62,866 nt of DNA, taken from positions 1-62,866 of IMG/VR virus record IMGVR_UViG_3300047586_000083. The stretch is one strand, 5' to 3'. A model generated the notes under the pieces. The model saw only the letters and a program-made list of their open reading frames with translations. It ran no database searches and was not told where the DNA came from. Position 1 is the first letter of the stretch, and each line of letters begins with the position of its first letter. This DNA comes from a virus. Below are positions 62,359 through 62,866 of this stretch, piece by piece. Both the position numbers and the translations under genes were made by a program.

Positions 62359-62866
62359 ATATTCCATCGGTGCGCTCCGAACCGAGTCACCCGTGACACC
62401 GGAGATGGTCGCCCGATTCACAGACCCAGAGACGGCGGTGCTGTTTCTTTCCGCCATTCAGGCCATCATCACCCAGGGCCAGGAAATGGACAAGTTGAAA
62501 AAGCACTTGTTCTATGAGAAACCGCTCCCAACCTTCGGCAGCCGGCAGCATTGGGTAGCGCCCGCCGTCCTAGAGCGCCTAAGCAATCCGGGCGTCATCC
62601 GGCTGCTCCATGCCGCCATCGGGCTGGTAACCGAGTCAGCAGAGCTATTCGAGATGCTGTATGCGCATGTGGTTGAAGATGAGAAGTTAGACCCGTTCCA
62701 TTTGATCGAGGAAGCGGGCGATCAGTTCTGGTACCTCGCAATACTCGCAGACACCTTGTCGGCAACATTCGAGGACATCATGGTGCGCAATCAGCGCAAG
62801 CTGCGCGCCCGGTACCACGATGCCGAATTTCACCGCGACATGGCCGTGACGCGGGACTTGCCGACA
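62339..62866 (+). CDS. MazG-like NTP pyrophosphohydrolase (N-terminal 176 codons; continues at nt 128-157; 185 aa in total)
   Basis: 'LVTESAELFE', 'HLIEEAGDQFWYLAILAD', 'IMVRNQRKLRARY'. The ORF is open at the window end. Confidence 0.7.
   Translation, partial: MRITNAEYSIGALRTESPVTPEMVARFTDPETAVLFLSAIQAIITQGQEMDKLKKHLFYEKPLPTFGSRQHWVAPAVLERLSNPGVIRLLHAAIGLVTESAELFEMLYAHVVEDEKLDPFHLIEEAGDQFWYLAILADTLSATFEDIMVRNQRKLRARYHDAEFHRDMAVTRDLPT
62740..62866. repeat. Second copy of the 127-nt terminal duplication
   Basis: Identical to nt 1-127. Confidence 0.95.

Noticed and set aside
61568-62866. 2-aminoadenine (Z-genome) pathway suggested by MazZ-like pyrophosphatase motifs
   Set aside because: No PurZ (adenylosuccinate-synthetase-like) or DatZ (HD-domain) homologue is visible anywhere in the complete genome.
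1-62866. Lysogeny module (integrase, excisionase, CI/Cro-type repressor, attP)
   Set aside because: I scanned every ORF of 60 aa or more and found no tyrosine or serine recombinase motifs and no HTH repressor pair. The phage is provisionally treated as virulent, but small regulators could be missed by eye.

Overview
All calls come from reading the sequence and the ORF track by eye; no BLAST, HMM, folding or GC software was run. Family names are motif-level recognitions and the GC figures are hand counts on sample lines.

The window appears to be one complete, circularly closed genome of a tailed dsDNA phage. Nt 1-127 are identical to nt 62740-62866, which leaves about 62,739 bp of unique sequence. 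A MazG-like gene runs across that junction. I found no rRNA, tRNA, CRISPR array, integrase or repressor.

Transcription is organised as two divergent arms that start at a 138-nt region (56759-56896) carrying a perfect 20-bp palindrome.

- **Plus-strand arm** (56897 -> junction -> 19818):
  - candidate recombination genes and a histone-H1-like Lys/Ala-rich protein;
  - a nucleotide-metabolism cluster: a flavoprotein, a divergent ThyX, a HAD phosphatase and three MazG-type genes;
  - a large replication module: two DnaQ-like exonucleases, a RecD/Dda-like helicase, DnaE-type Pol III alpha, a UvrD-like helicase, an SNF2 ATPase, a Spo11/TopoVI-A-like 'mini-A' protein and a VRR-NUC nuclease;
  - a radical-SAM/twitch enzyme embedded among small Cys-rich ORFs.
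- **Minus-strand arm** (56758 -> 19730):
  - an HNH endonuclease, an RHH protein, a prim-pol/D5-type helicase and a PD-(D/E)XK nuclease;
  - a 370-nt non-coding region with a 39-nt inverted iteron module flanking an AT-rich core;
  - a siphovirus-type late operon in this order: amidase, TerS, a six-gene insert, TerL, portal, scaffold, major capsid, connectors, major tail protein, G/GT chaperone with a canonical -1 slippery heptamer, a 1251-aa tape measure, distal tail proteins, two giant fibre/tip proteins and a holin.

Genes are tightly packed, with many ATGA, TAATG and GTGA start/stop overlaps.

The most unusual observations are:
- the radical-SAM/twitch enzyme with Cys-rich small ORFs sharing a G-x-P-C-C-G-C motif;
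- the flavoenzyme, ThyX-like, HAD and triple MazG cluster;
- the Spo11-like mini-A protein;
- a ~65-aa 'GNTAANG' domain present six times in three virion proteins;
- four Sec-signal-peptide ORFs inside the packaging/head module;
- TerS and TerL separated by an insert;
- the symmetric iteron region.
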